Made by a program: the position numbers and the translations under genes. Under the pieces are notes generated by a model. The model was not told the DNA's origin, did no database searches, and saw only the letters and a list, made by a program, of their open reading frames with translations. Source: Myxococcales bacterium (GTDB taxonomy: Bacteria > Myxococcota_A > UBA9042 > JABWCM01 > BTVJ01). Taken from it: DNA of 64,000 nucleotides. Below, piece by piece: positions 40,326 to 49,957 of the stretch (its first letter is position 1; each line of letters begins with the position of its first letter). The stretch is taken from positions 352,001 to 416,000 of the forward strand of contig BTVJ01000001.1 in the NCBI GenBank assembly GCA_045863395.1, given 5' to 3'.

Positions 40326-41431
40326 CGCCGCTCCTCGTCCACGATCTGCCCCCCCTCCATGCGCCAGGCCACGAGCCCCCCCTCGTGGCGGATGTGCGCC
40401 AGGTCCGTGGTGCTCACGAACACCTGCACGCCCGAGCCGTCCAGGAATGACATCAGCTCCGTGTTCCGGTGCCGGTCGAGCTCGCTCGAGACGTCGTCGA
40501 GCAGCAGCACCGGCGAGTACCCGAGCACCTCCTCCAGGTGCAGGATCTCTCCGATCTTCAAGGCGAGGACCAGCGTCCGGTGCTGCCCCTGGCTCGCGTG
40601 GCTCCGGGCCGTCACTCCATCGAGGACGATGCCGAGGTCGTCCCTGTGGGGGCCGCTCGACGTGCTCCCGCGCGCCGCGTCCCGACGCTTGTCCTGCCCC
40701 AGGCGCGCGAGCAACGTCGCCTCCAGATCCTCGATCCCGGCTGCACTCCCCCGCCAGTCCGACTCATAGCACAACTGAGCGGCGTGTCTCCCGCAAGCGA
40801 GGCGCCCGTGCACCGACCCGAAGTGCTGCATGTAGCCCGCCAGAAACCGCAGCCGCTTGTCCGTGACCCGCGCGCCCGTCGCCGCCACCTGGGCATCGAA
40901 GACCTCCAACACGTCGCCCGGCGGCCCCACCAGGTCACGCAGCAGCGCGTTGCGGCTCTTCAGCGCCGTCTCGAAGGCGCGCAGCTCGTCCCAGTAGGCG
41001 GGGAACACGTTGAACACCGCACGGTCGAGAAACGCCCTCCTGGCCGCTGGTGAGCCCTTGGAGACCTCCAGATCCTCGGGCGCGAAGAGCACCACGGTCA
41101 GCGTCCCGAGGGCGTCCTGGAGCCGCCGCGGCCGCTTGCCATCGACCGACACGGCGCGCCCCTGCGCCCGGATGTTGATGCGGATGTCGCGGGTGACCTC
41201 CCGCCGCACCACGACGCCCCTGGCAGCAGCCTCGTCGCTCCCCCACCGGATGAGCTCCGGGTTCGTCGCCGACTTGAAGGATCGGAGCGTCCCGAGCAGG
41301 TACACGGCCTCGAGCAGGTTCGTCTTGCCCTGTGCGTTGTCGCCGTGGATGACGTTGAAGCGGGGGTGCGGCTCGATGCTGGCGTCGCGGATGTTGCGGA
41401 AGTCGTGCAGGACCAGCCGGTCGACTCTCAT
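40322..41431 (-). CDS. recF: DNA replication/repair protein RecF
   Basis: FRNI, GDNAQGKTNLLEA, GPHRDD, SQGQ, LLLDDVSSELD. Confidence 0.96.
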   Translation of the reverse strand: MRVDRLVLHDFRNIRDASIEPHPRFNVIHGDNAQGKTNLLEAVYLLGTLRSFKSATNPELIRWGSDEAAARGVVVRREVTRDIRINIRAQGRAVSVDGKRPRRLQDALGTLTVVLFAPEDLEVSKGSPAARRAFLDRAVFNVFPAYWDELRAFETALKSRNALLRDLVGPPGDVLEVFDAQVAATGARVTDKRLRFLAGYMQHFGSVHGRLACGRHAAQLCYESDWRGSAAGIEDLEATLLARLGQDKRRDAARGSTSSGPHRDDLGIVLDGVTARSHASQGQHRTLVLALKIGEILHLEEVLGYSPVLLLDDVSSELDRHRNTELMSFLDGSGVQVFVSTTDLAHIRHEGGLVAWRMEGGQIVDEERR

Positions 41432-41438
41432 CAGGCCA

Positions 41439-42563
41439 TCAGCCGATGCGCATCGGCATGATCACGAACGTGGCGTCGGGGTCCTCGTCGCTCCGGATGA
41501 CCCCCGGCGAGAACTGGTCGTTGATCTCGAAGCGCACCTCGTCACCGCCGATGACCCCGAGCACGTCGAGCAGGTACTTGTAGTTGAAGCCGATGACCAG
41601 GGGCGGCCCCGAGTACACCACGTCGAGCTCGTCCCGCCCCTCTCCCGCCTCTGGGTTCTGCGACAGGAGCGTCAGCTTGTCGTCGCGCAGCTCCACCCGG
41701 ATGATGCTCGCCTTGTTGGTCGTCAACGTCGCGATGCGCCGGATGGCATCCATCAGGGGCACCCGCGGGATATGCACGGACAGGTTGCTCTCCGAAGGGA
41801 TCACCTTGTTGTAGTCCGGGAAGCTCTCCTCGATGCGCCGGATGAACATGGTCGCGCCGTCGTTGCGGAACACGGTGTTCGCGTTGACGAAGCCGATCTC
41901 CGTGTGGGCCTCGGGCCCGTCGAAGAGCCGCTTGAGCTCGAAGATGCCCTTCTTGTGGACGATGGCGCTCGCCCCGTCGCCCGCAAATTGGACGCCCTCG
42001 ACGATCTCTTCCACCTTCGACAGCCGGTGCCCATCCGTGGACACCATGACCAGGCGCACCTGGTCGCCCTCCCGCGGCTGCACCTGAAAGAACACACCGT
42101 TCAGGTTCATGCGGGTCTCGTCGTTGGACACGCTGAAGACCGTCTTGTCGATCATCGCCTGGATGGTCGCCTTGGGCACGCGGAAGGTCACGAGGTCCGT
42201 GTCCTCCTGCAGCCGCGGGAACTCCTCGGGGGAGATGCCCGCCAGGCTGAACCGCGACCGCCCGCAGGTCAGCTCGATCCAGTGGTTGGCCTGGCTCCGG
42301 ATGCGCACCGGCAGGTCGGGCAGCGACTTGACCACCTCGAACAGGTTGCGCCCGTTGACCGCGATGCTCCCCGCCTCATGCACCGTCGCTGGCCACGTGC
42401 CGATGAAGATCACGTCATAGTCGGTGCTGGTGAGCTGCACGCCGCCATCTACGGAGGAGATCAGCACGTGGGACAGCACGTTGATCGTGCTCTTCTTCTC
42501 GATGATGCCCTGGGTCTTGTACAGGCCGTTCAGGAAGGTCTGACGGTCGATCGTGAACTCCAT
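41439..42563 (-). CDS. dnaN: DNA polymerase III beta clamp
   Basis: STDGHRLS, FPDYNKVIP, IGFNYKYLLD, FVIMPMR. Confidence 0.97.
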   Translation of the reverse strand: MEFTIDRQTFLNGLYKTQGIIEKKSTINVLSHVLISSVDGGVQLTSTDYDVIFIGTWPATVHEAGSIAVNGRNLFEVVKSLPDLPVRIRSQANHWIELTCGRSRFSLAGISPEEFPRLQEDTDLVTFRVPKATIQAMIDKTVFSVSNDETRMNLNGVFFQVQPREGDQVRLVMVSTDGHRLSKVEEIVEGVQFAGDGASAIVHKKGIFELKRLFDGPEAHTEIGFVNANTVFRNDGATMFIRRIEESFPDYNKVIPSESNLSVHIPRVPLMDAIRRIATLTTNKASIIRVELRDDKLTLLSQNPEAGEGRDELDVVYSGPPLVIGFNYKYLLDVLGVIGGDEVRFEINDQFSPGVIRSDEDPDATFVIMPMRIG

Positions 42564-42684
42564 CTGCGCCTCCGTGGCTCAAGCCGAGCGATGATACCCG
42601 AGATGCCGGTCAGCGCAAGCGGTTCGACGCACCCCGCGCGGCGTCTCGTCCGGGGCACCGCCTCTTGCTCGAGACGCAGGGATC

Positions 42685-42910
42685 CATGTTCTTTTTATGT
42701 TTTTCAGTCGTAGTAGTAAGGGGTGTTGAGTAGTGGAGAACACATCAAACCATTGCAATCACATGGGTTTTACCGCTAGATCCTGTGTACGGACTGCCGA
42801 AGAGCGCCCCCGGTGATCTGTGGCAAGGCCGGCGCTGGCGGCGACCACACGTTGTCCACACCCTTCGACCCCACGTTTCACACAGCCTGTCCCCGGGGGG
42901 CTGGGGACAG
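42685..42910. other. oriC: Probable chromosomal replication origin oriC
   Basis: AT-rich tract 42687-42706; TAG TAG TAA trios 42711-42719; GGGG spacer; tandem boxes TGTTGAGTA/AGTGGAGAA 42724-42740; IHF-like CATCAAACCATTG 42743-42755; boxes TTGTCCACA 42852-42860, TTTCACACA 42876-42884, TGGGGACAG 42902-42910; directly upstream of dnaN. Confidence 0.8.
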
Positions 42911-42943
42911 CTCTGCAAGGCCTTGAAGATACCACGGAGCACC

Positions 42944-44323
42944 TCAGCCGACCCGTGCGGCCGTGCGCGCCTGGATCTTCAGCAGGAGCCCCATGATGGC
43001 GCCCGTGTCGATGCCTGCCTCCTTCGCCATGGGCGTGAACAGGAAGTCGACCAGGTAGATGTCGTTGAAGACGTTGAGGGTCGGCGCCGCCAGGCGCGCG
43101 TAGCGGTCGAAGAAGAGCATCTGCTTCAGGATCAGCAGGAACTCTCGCGGCAGCGTCACCCCATACTTCAGCGCCGTCCGGGTGCTCTTGGTTATCATGT
43201 CGCCATACTGGATGTCCGCGAGGTTCATGCTGAGCAGCGGCGAGTAGGTCTCCTCCAGGTCGCGGCCGAAGGCAGGGATGTCCACGTGGGCGGGCGCCGA
43301 GCCCATCTCGACGAGCACCCGGGCGAGCCCCTCGAAGTCCTGCGCCGCGAACGTCAGGATGTAGCGCATCACCATGTGGCGCTGTTCGGCGGAGAAGCGC
43401 CCGATGATGCCGAAGTCCAGGAACCCGATCTCTCTGGTCGCGGGCAGGAACATCAAGTTCCCCGCGTGAACGTCGCCGTGGAAGAACCCGTGCAGCAGCA
43501 CCGTGAGCAGCCAGGCACGCATGCCGATGCGCAGGTGCTTCTCCGTGTCGATGGCGTGCTCTCGCGCGGCGGCCACGTCGTCCGCCTTGAAGCCGTAGAA
43601 CCGCTCCATGGTCAGCACGTGCTCCGCGGTGTGGTCCCAGTGCACCGCCGGCGCTCGCACGGCCTTCACCCCGTGCTTCGCCATCAAGCCGTTGAACTCC
43701 TCCATGTTCCGCGCCTCGGTGCGGAAGTCCATCTCCTCGTGGATGGTCTTGGAGAAGTCCTCGACCACCCCCACCACGTTGGCCGCCCGCGCCGCGCGGC
43801 TGAACCAGGACACCAGGCGCGCGCCGAGCTTCATGAAGAACAGGTCGCCGTCGACCCGGTCGGCGATGCCGGGCCGCTGCACCTTCACCACCACCGCTCC
43901 CCCGCCGGGGAGCGTGGCGGCGTGCACCTGGGCGATGGAGGCCGCCGCGATCGGCACCGGCTCGAAGGTCTCGAAGAGCGCATCGTGGGGTCTGCCGAGG
44001 TCCGCCTCGATGATCCGGTACACATCGGCGAGGGGGAAGGGCGGCACCTGGTCCAGGCAGCGCTGGAACTCGGTGGACAGCGCGTCAGGGAACAGCCCCG
44101 GGCTCGACGCGATGATCTGGCCGAACTTGATGTAGGTCGGGCCCAGGTCCTCGAAGAGCTGGCGCAGCGCTGCGGCGCCCGTCAGGGGCCGCCACGCGGC
44201 GCCCCTCCCGGTCAGGAGCCACCACAACCTGCGCAGCCCCGTGACCGACGCCAGCATACGAAGAACGAACCACATCACGAGGGCGCTGATCACGAAGGCG
44301 CGACGGAAGATCTTGCGTAGCAT
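42944..44323 (-). CDS. ABC1/AarF/UbiB-family atypical kinase
   Basis: LGPTYIKFGQ, AAASIAQVH, VKVQRP, FFHGDVHAGN, LDFG. Confidence 0.93.
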   Translation of the reverse strand: MLRKIFRRAFVISALVMWFVLRMLASVTGLRRLWWLLTGRGAAWRPLTGAAALRQLFEDLGPTYIKFGQIIASSPGLFPDALSTEFQRCLDQVPPFPLADVYRIIEADLGRPHDALFETFEPVPIAAASIAQVHAATLPGGGAVVVKVQRPGIADRVDGDLFFMKLGARLVSWFSRAARAANVVGVVEDFSKTIHEEMDFRTEARNMEEFNGLMAKHGVKAVRAPAVHWDHTAEHVLTMERFYGFKADDVAAAREHAIDTEKHLRIGMRAWLLTVLLHGFFHGDVHAGNLMFLPATREIGFLDFGIIGRFSAEQRHMVMRYILTFAAQDFEGLARVLVEMGSAPAHVDIPAFGRDLEETYSPLLSMNLADIQYGDMITKSTRTALKYGVTLPREFLLILKQMLFFDRYARLAAPTLNVFNDIYLVDFLFTPMAKEAGIDTGAIMGLLLKIQARTAARVG

Positions 44324-44406
44324 CGCCCACTCTCGGCAAGTTGGAGCGCTGAGAGTACGGTCGCCCCGACCCCCGGTCAACGTGACCACGCCCCAACGGA
44401 GCTTCG

Positions 44407-45300
44407 ATGCAGACAAGGATTCGATCCCGCGCGCTGTGCGCGCTTGCCCTGGCCTCGACCCTCGCCTTCCCCCTGGCCCCTCATGCGGCTGCCCAACAGG
44501 CGGACGCTGCGGCCCCGGAGGCCGCCCCGGAGGCCACCCTGGCGCTCCCACCCCCTGCCGCGGACCCCGGCTGGCTGGGGGTGGGTCTGAAGGACGCGGC
44601 GGACGCGGCGGCCCAGGGCCTGCCAGCGCCGGTCGCCCAGGTGAAGATGGCCTTCCGCGGCTCCCCGGCGGAGAAGGCCGGCATCAAGCCTGGCGATCTG
44701 GTGCTCGAGGTGGGCGACGTCCGCCTGAGCGCCGGAATGAAAGAGATGATCGCTCGCGTGAAGAGCCACGCGAAGGGCTCGACGCTGCGCCTGCTCGTGC
44801 GGCGCAGCGGCGCCGACCTGGAGCTGAACATCCCCCTGGGCGCGGTGCCCGATCGGAAGACCATGGTCGACAATGAGTGGCTGAACCGGGAGCTGCCCGC
44901 GCTGCCGCTCCGGGACCTGACCACGGACCAGGCCATCGACGTCGCCGGCCTCCGCGGCAAGGTCCTGCTCATCGACGCCTGGGCCACGTGGTGCGGCCCG
45001 TGCAAGCGGTCCATGCCCCTGCTCGAGGAGCTCCAGAAGCAGTATGCCCTCAAGGGTCTCAAGGTGATCGGCGTGAGCGACGAGGAGCGCCCCGTCATCG
45101 AGACCTTCGTCCGCAACCGCCCCGTGGGCTACCAGCTCGCCCACGACCCGGACTCCAGCCTGGCCGGGACGCTCTACGTCTCCAGCCTCCCCACCTTCTT
45201 CATCGTGGATCGTGGAGGCGTCATCCGCGCCATCAAGTATGGCACGGAGGGCGCCCAGCAGCTCGAGGCGACCGTCAAGCCCCTGCTCGAAGTGCCCTGA
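44407..45300 (+). CDS. Secreted PDZ-domain TlpA/redoxin-family protein
   Basis: Signal peptide; PDZ (GWLGV...SPAEKAGIKPGD); WATWCGPC thioredoxin motif. Confidence 0.9.
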   Translation: MQTRIRSRALCALALASTLAFPLAPHAAAQQADAAAPEAAPEATLALPPPAADPGWLGVGLKDAADAAAQGLPAPVAQVKMAFRGSPAEKAGIKPGDLVLEVGDVRLSAGMKEMIARVKSHAKGSTLRLLVRRSGADLELNIPLGAVPDRKTMVDNEWLNRELPALPLRDLTTDQAIDVAGLRGKVLLIDAWATWCGPCKRSMPLLEELQKQYALKGLKVIGVSDEERPVIETFVRNRPVGYQLAHDPDSSLAGTLYVSSLPTFFIVDRGGVIRAIKYGTEGAQQLEATVKPLLEVP

Positions 45301-45324
45301 CGCGGCGCCCCTCCAGAGGGGATC

Positions 45325-47331
45325 TCAGCCCTCGGTCCCGGGGTCCGGTCCGGCGATGACCGACGGCCCGAAGCCGGAGCCACCGAGGCCCTGCAGGAGC
45401 AGCTCCAGGTCCGACTCGTCGATGCGCCCGTCCTCGTTCAGATCGAAGCGCGGCAGGTAGCCCCCGTTGGGGATGAAGTAGTCGTTGTTCCCGTACTTCA
45501 CGACGATGTCCCTGCGGAACATCATCGCCATGTCCAGCAGGTCGGACCCGTCTGCGCTCCCCGACAGGTTGACGTCCCCGGGGAGGGTCCCCCGCGTCCG
45601 CTGGAGCAGCGTCCGGGTCGGGTCCGTCGACAGCCGCAGGGGGGCCTGGTCGAGGTGGCGCGTCGCCGTCACCGACTCGCCATCCACCCACACGGGCTCG
45701 AGGTCCACCTTGGTGCCGTCGCGCAGGGTCGCCTGCACCGGCAGGTGCATCTGGAAGGGCTTGGTCTTCTGCTCGACCCGCAGCGTCACGTCCCACCCAC
45801 CGTTCGCCGCCACGACCTCCGCGCCGACGTGGAGCACCGGGCTGCCCGTCCGCAGCATCCACTGGGAGAAGAACCACCCCAGGTCCTTGCCGGACGCGGT
45901 CTCGTGGGCCTGGAAGAACTCCTGGATGGACGCCGCCGAGTAGCCGTAGGTCGCGATGTAGAGCTGCATGCCGGCGATGAAGGCCTCCTCGCCCACCTCG
46001 TGGCGCAGCATGTCGAACACCACGCTCGCCTTGTCGTAGGCGATGGTCTGGTAGTACGGCGACCCGTACAGTGTGGACGACCCGATGGCCATGTCCGTCT
46101 GGAACGGCACCGTATACATGTAGTTCATGCCGTTCTGCACGAAGTTGGACCGTGTCCCGAAGTCGTTCTCGTAGTGCCAGGCGCTGGAGAACTCGGCGAG
46201 CCCCTCGCTCACGCTCACGGAGTCCGCCGACGCGATGTTCACCAGGTTGCCCCAGTACTGGTGTGCCAGCTCGTGGCTCATGAGCTGCACCAGCCCGTCG
46301 TAGTACCAGCTCACCGGCGTGACCCCGAAGATGTCGGAGAGCATCATGATGGTCGCCTGGGGCCCGTAGCCGCCGCCGAAGCTGTTGCCGATCTCGACGA
46401 TGTCCAGGTTGTTGAACGGGAACGGCGCGTACACCTCCGCGTAGAAGGCCAGGATGCTCTGCGCGAGCGTCAGCAGGTTCGGCATGTTGGACGCCTTGTC
46501 GCTGCGCACGTAGAGGGTGATGGGGTACTCGCCCGACTCATCGGTGAGGGTCTCGTAGTCCGCCATGGCGAAGGACACGAGCTCGGTCTCGAAGTCGTGG
46601 GTGAAGTGGAACGTGCTCTTCCCCGCCTCGGCGTCCTCGGTCACCTCCACGAGCCGCCCCGTGGCCGCGACGGTGAGGCCCGTCGGCACGGTGATACGCA
46701 GCTCCGTCCGGAACATGTCCAGCATCACGGCGTTGTTGACGGGGTAGTACCGGGCGTGGGTCAGGTAGCTCAGCGACTTCTTGAACTCGCACGCCTTGAC
46801 GTAGCCGCCCCCGCCGCAGTCCGGCTTGCCCGAATAGCGCAGGATGAAGCTCACCTCCTGGCCCTTCTCGGCCGCCACCTCCGGCAGCAGCGTCAGCAGC
46901 TGGAACTCGGGCTTCTGCTCGTAGGGGATGGGCACGCCATCCAGGTCCGTGACCTCCGAGAGCTCGAAGGGCGGGAAGAACATGGCGATCTTGTCCCCAG
47001 CCTTGTTCATGGTCAGGGTGACCGTCGACACGACGTCCATCTGCCCGGTGTCGGGGACGACGTCCACGTCGATGTCGCAGCGGGTCATGTTGTACTGGCC
47101 GCCGTAGTTGGTCGGCTCGGTGGGTGCCGGGGCCGCAAGCGGAGACACCGGCTCGTGCGTGCGAGCCATGCGGCCGAGCAGCACCCCCAGGTCCTCGGCG
47201 TCGAACCCGCGGGGCAGGATCAGCGAGCCCCTGTCTCCGCGCAGCACCTCCCGCGGGAGGGGCTCCATGGCGCTCTGCGCCAAGGCCGTCGTGCTCAGCA
47301 GCGTCGCGGTCAGCAGCGTCAGCGTCTTCAC
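45325..47331 (-). CDS. Secreted M1-family (gluzincin) metallopeptidase with C-terminal dockerin-like domain
   Basis: Signal peptide; HELAH-X18-E; AYDKASVVFDMLR; C-terminal GDVNLSGSADGSDL and DLNEDGRIDESDL repeats; GTG overlaps the upstream stop. Confidence 0.88.
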   Translation of the reverse strand: MKTLTLLTATLLSTTALAQSAMEPLPREVLRGDRGSLILPRGFDAEDLGVLLGRMARTHEPVSPLAAPAPTEPTNYGGQYNMTRCDIDVDVVPDTGQMDVVSTVTLTMNKAGDKIAMFFPPFELSEVTDLDGVPIPYEQKPEFQLLTLLPEVAAEKGQEVSFILRYSGKPDCGGGGYVKACEFKKSLSYLTHARYYPVNNAVMLDMFRTELRITVPTGLTVAATGRLVEVTEDAEAGKSTFHFTHDFETELVSFAMADYETLTDESGEYPITLYVRSDKASNMPNLLTLAQSILAFYAEVYAPFPFNNLDIVEIGNSFGGGYGPQATIMMLSDIFGVTPVSWYYDGLVQLMSHELAHQYWGNLVNIASADSVSVSEGLAEFSSAWHYENDFGTRSNFVQNGMNYMYTVPFQTDMAIGSSTLYGSPYYQTIAYDKASVVFDMLRHEVGEEAFIAGMQLYIATYGYSAASIQEFFQAHETASGKDLGWFFSQWMLRTGSPVLHVGAEVVAANGGWDVTLRVEQKTKPFQMHLPVQATLRDGTKVDLEPVWVDGESVTATRHLDQAPLRLSTDPTRTLLQRTRGTLPGDVNLSGSADGSDLLDMAMMFRRDIVVKYGNNDYFIPNGGYLPRFDLNEDGRIDESDLELLLQGLGGSGFGPSVIAGPDPGTEG

Positions 47332-48050
47332 TCCACACCTCCCACGACGGGCTCGATCACGATGCTCCCCCCGGACCACACCGTCGGGAGCTGCTCGCCG
47401 GACGGTTTGCGCACGTCCTGGCTCTCCTCGACGAAGGTCACCGAGGTCGTCCCCGCGGCCACCACGTCCAGCTCCGCGCGGAGCAGCAGCGCCTCAGAGA
47501 TCGGCGCGCCCGCGAGGCTCGCTGGGCCCTGGTGATCGTTGCTGGCGTTCGGGAACAGGGCGTGGCCGTAGACGAGCTCGCCCGGCGCGCTCTCCATGAG
47601 CGCGGTCACGCCCTTGGCCTTCGCCGACGTGAGCACCTCCTTGGCCTGGCCGCCGGCCCACGAGAGGACCGCCGGGTCCCAGCGCAGCTTGAAGGCGACG
47701 CCGAAGACGCTCTCCATGCCCCCCGCCCGAACGTCCACTGCGATGCGGCGGGCGTCGAGCTGTGTCACCTCCGCCCGGACCCACGGGCCCTCCGCGGAGC
47801 CCCCGGCCGGCGTGAAGGTGGCCTTCCACTGCGGCTCGGGCTCCACGACCGCGACGTCCTCCATGGGGCTTCCCCCGGTGTCCTCCGTCAAGGTGGGCCC
47901 CGTGTCCGTGGACCCGGCGTCCTCGGCGGCCGTCTGCGTGTCCTTGGTCTCGGCGGGCTTCTCGTCGGCGGAGCAGCCGGCGAGGGAGAGGGCGAGCGCG
48001 ACCAGGCCAGGCCCGGTGCCGCGCCACCAACGTGTCATGAAGCTGCGCAT
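47328..48050 (-). CDS. Lipoprotein with cohesin-like domain
   Basis: GAGGAG RBS; lipobox LAGC; acidic linker; beta-sandwich pattern IAVDVR...VFGVAFKLRWDPAVL...GELVYG...LLRAELDVVAAGTTSVTF. Confidence 0.72.
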   Translation of the reverse strand: MRSFMTRWWRGTGPGLVALALSLAGCSADEKPAETKDTQTAAEDAGSTDTGPTLTEDTGGSPMEDVAVVEPEPQWKATFTPAGGSAEGPWVRAEVTQLDARRIAVDVRAGGMESVFGVAFKLRWDPAVLSWAGGQAKEVLTSAKAKGVTALMESAPGELVYGHALFPNASNDHQGPASLAGAPISEALLLRAELDVVAAGTTSVTFVEESQDVRKPSGEQLPTVWSGGSIVIEPVVGGVE

Positions 48051-48226
48051 GGATCCCCTCCTCGGGGGGGCGGAAGTTCGGAGTGGCGGCATACTCTACG
48101 CGAGCGCCAGGAGTCAAGGTAGTGAAGGCTCCTCCTCTACAGTTACACCCCCTCCGCCCCGCGCCCCCAGTTGCAGCCGCCCGGCGCCCGTGGTACCGCT
48201 ACGCGCCGGAGAACCGGGAGGACCCC

Positions 48227-49006
48227 ATGATCTTCGATCATCGACGGATGGCGCTCGCCCCCCTCCTGGGGATGCTGCTCGCGACCACCCCGTCGTTCGC
48301 CGACCACCGGGCGAAGCCGTCGCGCCCGACCTCCAGCGAGGGCGCCTACGCTCTTGACGCGGGGAGCCTCCAGGCGGAGCTGGGCTACCTCCTCGTAGGC
48401 TCGGACACCGGCGTCCTCACCCACTCGGTCCCCCTGCTCCTTCGTCTGGGCGCGGCCAGCTTCGTCGATGTGCGCCTCGGTGTCCCCCTCTTCCAGCACT
48501 CGACCGGCTCCTCGGGCTTCGGTGACCTGACCCTCGGCGCCCGCTTCGTCACCAACGACGAGGGCACCTACCTCCCCGCCTTCGGTCTCCTGGCGCAGCT
48601 CACGGCTCCGACGGCGACCGGGTCCTTCGCCGAGGAGCACGTGGGCCTGGAGACCGCCCTCCAGATCTCCAAGCGCTTCTTCGAGTTCATCGAGCTCGAT
48701 CTGACCGGCGGGCTGCGCGCCGACTTCGACGCGGGCCGTGGCGGCGGCCACACCCTGGCGCTCCCCGCGGCCCTCGCGCTGCACTTCGACATCTACGGCG
48801 TCATCGACCTCTTCGGCGAGTTCTCCACCCTGACGTGGCTCCAAGGGGGCCCCGAGACGTTCACGGCCGCTGGGCTCGTCGGCTTCGGCTGGCGCGTCGT
48901 CCCCGAGGTGGTCATCGATCTGGCCGCCGAGATCGGCGCCACCCGCATGGCCAACGACGTCACCGCCACCATCGGCGTCACCTGGAGCTTCGGCGGCCTC
49001 TTCTGA
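48227..49006 (+). CDS. Putative outer-membrane beta-barrel, MetA-pathway/phenol-degradation-like transporter family
   Basis: Signal peptide; G-x-LQAELG, LLRLG, GFGDLTLGARF; alternating strands; terminal Phe. Confidence 0.7.
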   Translation: MIFDHRRMALAPLLGMLLATTPSFADHRAKPSRPTSSEGAYALDAGSLQAELGYLLVGSDTGVLTHSVPLLLRLGAASFVDVRLGVPLFQHSTGSSGFGDLTLGARFVTNDEGTYLPAFGLLAQLTAPTATGSFAEEHVGLETALQISKRFFEFIELDLTGGLRADFDAGRGGGHTLALPAALALHFDIYGVIDLFGEFSTLTWLQGGPETFTAAGLVGFGWRVVPEVVIDLAAEIGATRMANDVTATIGVTWSFGGLF

Positions 49007-49008
49007 CG

Positions 49009-49038
49009 TTGACAACCCGGCCCCCCTCGCGCTAGGAC
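49009..49038 (+). promoter_or_regulatory. sigma70-type promoter
   Basis: TTGACA-N18-TAGGAC upstream of the 49073 start. Confidence 0.45.
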
Positions 49039-49072
49039 CCGGTGGTTGATCCCATCCACCCGGAGGTAGCCC

Positions 49073-49954
49073 ATGTCCCGTCCCTCATCTCGAATCGTCC
49101 GCTGCGGCCTCATCCAGGCCAGCAACGAGGTCGACCCGTCCCACTCCATCCAGCAGATCAAGGACGCGATGATCGAGAAGCACCTCGGCTTCATCGCGAA
49201 GGCGGCCGAGCAGGGCGTCCAGATCCTCTGCATGCAGGAGATCTTCACCGGCCCCTACTTCTGCGCCGAGCAGGACGCGCGGTGGTACGACTCGGCGGAG
49301 CAGATCCCCGACGGCCCGACCACGAAGCTGATGATGGAGCAGGCGAAGAAGCACGGCATGGTCATCGTGGTCCCCATCTACGAGGAGGAGCTCCCGGGGG
49401 TCTACTACAACACCGCCTCGGTCATCGACGCGGACGGCACCTACCTCGGCAAGTACCGCAAGCACCACATCCCCCACTGCGCGCCCGGCTTCTGGGAGAA
49501 GTTCTACTTCAAGCCCGGCAACCTGGGCTACCCGGTGTTCCAGACGAAGTTCGCCAAGGTCGGCGTCTACATCTGCTATGACCGCCACTTCCCCGAGGGG
49601 GCCCGTGCCCTCGGCCTGGGCGGCGCCGAGATCGTCTTCAACCCCTCGGCGACGGTCGCCGGCCTCTCCGAGTACCTCTGGAAGCTGGAGCAGCCCGCCC
49701 ACGCGGTCGCCAACCAGTACTTCGTCGGCGCCATCAACCGCGTCGGCACCGAGGCGCCCTGGGGCATCGGCCAGTTCTACGGCCAGAGCTACTTCTGCGA
49801 CCCGCGGGGCCAGATGCTCGCCGTCGGCTCCCGCGACCAGGACGAGCTGATCGTCTCCGACCTGAACCTGGACCAGATCCGGGAGGTGCGCAACGTCTGG
49901 CAGTTCTTCCGCGACCGGCGGCCCGACAGCTACGGCCCGCTGACCGAGGGCTGA
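49073..49954 (+). CDS. Nitrilase-superfamily beta-ureidopropionase (N-carbamoyl-beta-alanine amidohydrolase)
   Basis: Catalytic E-K-C (MQEIF, YRKHHIP, ICYDRHFPE); VWQFFRDRRP; near preTA. Confidence 0.88.
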   Translation: MSRPSSRIVRCGLIQASNEVDPSHSIQQIKDAMIEKHLGFIAKAAEQGVQILCMQEIFTGPYFCAEQDARWYDSAEQIPDGPTTKLMMEQAKKHGMVIVVPIYEEELPGVYYNTASVIDADGTYLGKYRKHHIPHCAPGFWEKFYFKPGNLGYPVFQTKFAKVGVYICYDRHFPEGARALGLGGAEIVFNPSATVAGLSEYLWKLEQPAHAVANQYFVGAINRVGTEAPWGIGQFYGQSYFCDPRGQMLAVGSRDQDELIVSDLNLDQIREVRNVWQFFRDRRPDSYGPLTEG

Positions 49955-49957
49955 GCC

